From Gemmatimonadaceae bacterium (GTDB taxonomy: Bacteria; Gemmatimonadota; Gemmatimonadetes; Gemmatimonadales; Gemmatimonadaceae): 16,067 nt of DNA. The notes under the pieces were generated by a model. It saw only the letters and a program-made list of their open reading frames with translations. It was not told the DNA's origin and made no database searches. The position numbers were made by a program, and so were the translations under genes. The DNA lies in contig JBBDYC010000002.1 in the NCBI GenBank assembly GCA_040901985.1, positions 86,380 to 102,446 of the forward strand, written 5' to 3'. Positions 14,802 to 16,067 of the stretch are shown here, piece after piece. The first letter of the stretch is position 1. Every line of letters starts with the position of its first letter.

Positions 14802-15765
14802 CGAGGGGATGATCCACGCGTGGCTCGATGGCGAGCTCACGCCCGAAGAGGCCGCGGCGATGGAGCGGCGCGTGGCGACCGAGCCGGCATTCGCGGCGGC
14901 GGTGGCCGAGGCGCGCGGGCTGATTGCGGCGTCGTCGCGGATCATCGGGGCGCTCGATGCGGTGCCGGGGCGGGTGATTCCGGGCGCGGGATCGAGCGCG
15001 CGGCGAACGCGGCGGCTGACGCGTGGTTTTGCGGTGCGACCGTGGGTGGGGATTGCCGCGGCGATGGCGCTGACCGTGGGGACGGCGATCGTGGCTTGGC
15101 CGCCGGCAAACGCGCCCGATGTGCGGCCAGTGGAACGCCGCGACGACTCGCTGTCGCCGTCCGACCCGCGCGCGCTTGCGTCCCAGGCGCCACCCGAACG
15201 TGAGCCGGCGCCCCCCGCGCCCAGCACTCCGGCGCTCCCCGCGCCCATCGCTCCGGCGCCCACCCGCGCGCCTCCAGTATCAGCGGAGGCCCAGGAAGTG
15301 AGCGCGCCGCCGACGGTCGCAGATGCTGCCGGTGCTGGCGCCGCCGCTGCCGCCGCTGTCGCCGCTGCGGGCGTTGGCGCGGGAGTCGCGCGGGAACGAA
15401 CGGAGCCCGAACTGGCGGCCGCACCGCGCGCCGCGCGCTTTGCCGAGCCGAGCCGGTTGAGCGGCGTCGTCACTGGGGTTGCGGTGCGGGACGCACGCGC
15501 CGGGAAGGCCGCGGCCAACGAGGCCGAGGGCACCCTGCTCCGCACCGCAGACGTGCTCGTCGGGTGCTGGCGGGCTGCACCGCCATTTGTGCCGGACACC
15601 CTGCTGCGCGACCTGCCAATCGTTGACCGGCGGGGGGACACCTTGGTGGTGCGTCTCTCGCCGACGCACCAGGTGACGGTGACCCAGCGCGGCGATACGT
15701 TGAGTGGCGGGCTCCGCGCCTTCCGCGCCGACTGCCCCGCTGACCGGACACCCGACCCCGAGTGA
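14788..15765 (+). CDS. Single-pass membrane anti-sigma factor (zf-HC2/ZAS-like N-terminus lacking Zn ligands)
   Basis: GGAGGA RBS before ATG 14788; overlaps the sigma gene by 14 nt; N-terminal HPDEGMIHAWLDGELTPEE; one TM (WVGIAAAMALTVGTAIVAW); Pro/Ala-rich linker; C-terminal domain with two Cys. Confidence 0.75.
   Translation: MSHPDEGMIHAWLDGELTPEEAAAMERRVATEPAFAAAVAEARGLIAASSRIIGALDAVPGRVIPGAGSSARRTRRLTRGFAVRPWVGIAAAMALTVGTAIVAWPPANAPDVRPVERRDDSLSPSDPRALASQAPPEREPAPPAPSTPALPAPIAPAPTRAPPVSAEAQEVSAPPTVADAAGAGAAAAAAVAAAGVGAGVARERTEPELAAAPRAARFAEPSRLSGVVTGVAVRDARAGKAAANEAEGTLLRTADVLVGCWRAAPPFVPDTLLRDLPIVDRRGDTLVVRLSPTHQVTVTQRGDTLSGGLRAFRADCPADRTPDPE
15343..15369 (+). repeat. Imperfect 9-bp tandem repeat x3 (poly-Ala tract)
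   Basis: GCCGCTGCC GCCGCTGTC GCCGCTGCG within the anti-sigma linker. Confidence 0.6.
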
Positions 15766-16067
15766 ATCGCCCGCCCATCGTCGTTCGCGATGCCATTCCC
15801 GCCGACCACGCGGCCGTACTGGCGCTGAACAACGCGCACGCGCCGCACGTGAATGCACTCACCGACGAGGAGTTCGCCTGGCTGGTGGCGAACGCCGGCT
15901 ACTTCCGCGTCGCCGAGGACGCGGGCGGCCTCGCCGGTTTCGTCCTTTGCCTGAGCGCGGGGACGGAGTACTGGAGCGGCAACTACAAGTGGTTCGCCGA
16001 GCGATACTCGGAGTTCCTGTATCTGGACCGCGTGGTGGTCGCGCCGCGCCTGCGGCGCGGCCAGCCG
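15762..16067 (+). CDS. GNAT family N-acetyltransferase (3' partial)
   Basis: Not in the ORF track. GTGA overlap with the anti-sigma stop; manual translation MNRPPIVVRDAIPADHAAVLALNNAH…GFVLCL…YWSGNYKWFAERYSEFLYLDRVVVAP, typical of predicted GNAT acetyltransferases; runs off the window. Confidence 0.85.
   Translation, partial: MNRPPIVVRDAIPADHAAVLALNNAHAPHVNALTDEEFAWLVANAGYFRVAEDAGGLAGFVLCLSAGTEYWSGNYKWFAERYSEFLYLDRVVVAPRLRRGQP

Noticed and set aside
16050..16067. GNAT acetyl-CoA motif reads LRRGQP instead of R/QxxGxG/A
   Set aside because: It lies at the window edge; truncation or sequence error cannot be distinguished from real divergence.
1..16067. CRISPR arrays, tRNA/rRNA, IS elements, phage or defence genes
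   Set aside because: Intergenic gaps are short, there are no regularly spaced repeats and no transposase, integrase or nuclease motifs were seen.

Overview
GC-rich chromosomal segment with 14 protein-coding genes and no RNA genes, CRISPR arrays or mobile elements that I can support. The protein styles suggest a Gemmatimonadota-like diderm bacterium (inference). In order: (1) a VKOR-family membrane oxidoreductase (-), divergent from a secreted amidohydrolase plus a VOC/glyoxalase gene (+). (2) A five-gene overlapping operon (-) with its own sigma70-like promoter: Tat-signal TldD, TldE/PmbA, an HExxH zinc metallopeptidase (Peptidase_Mx-like), an atypical D-Ala-D-Ala-ligase-like ATP-grasp enzyme and a probable outer-membrane beta-barrel. 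(3) Transketolase (-), divergent from a PAS-GGDEF diguanylate cyclase (+) that may be preceded by a leaderless 20-codon uORF. (4) An operon (+) of an exported VIT-vWA protein, an ECF sigma factor, a zinc-less ZAS-like anti-sigma factor and a GNAT acetyltransferase that is truncated at the window edge and absent from the ORF track, preceded by an ECF-type promoter. The best candidates for an undescribed system are the TldD/E-peptidase-ATP-grasp-barrel operon (possible peptide ligation/processing module spanning the envelope) and the vWA/ECF/anti-sigma module. All family calls come from motif recognition, not database searches.
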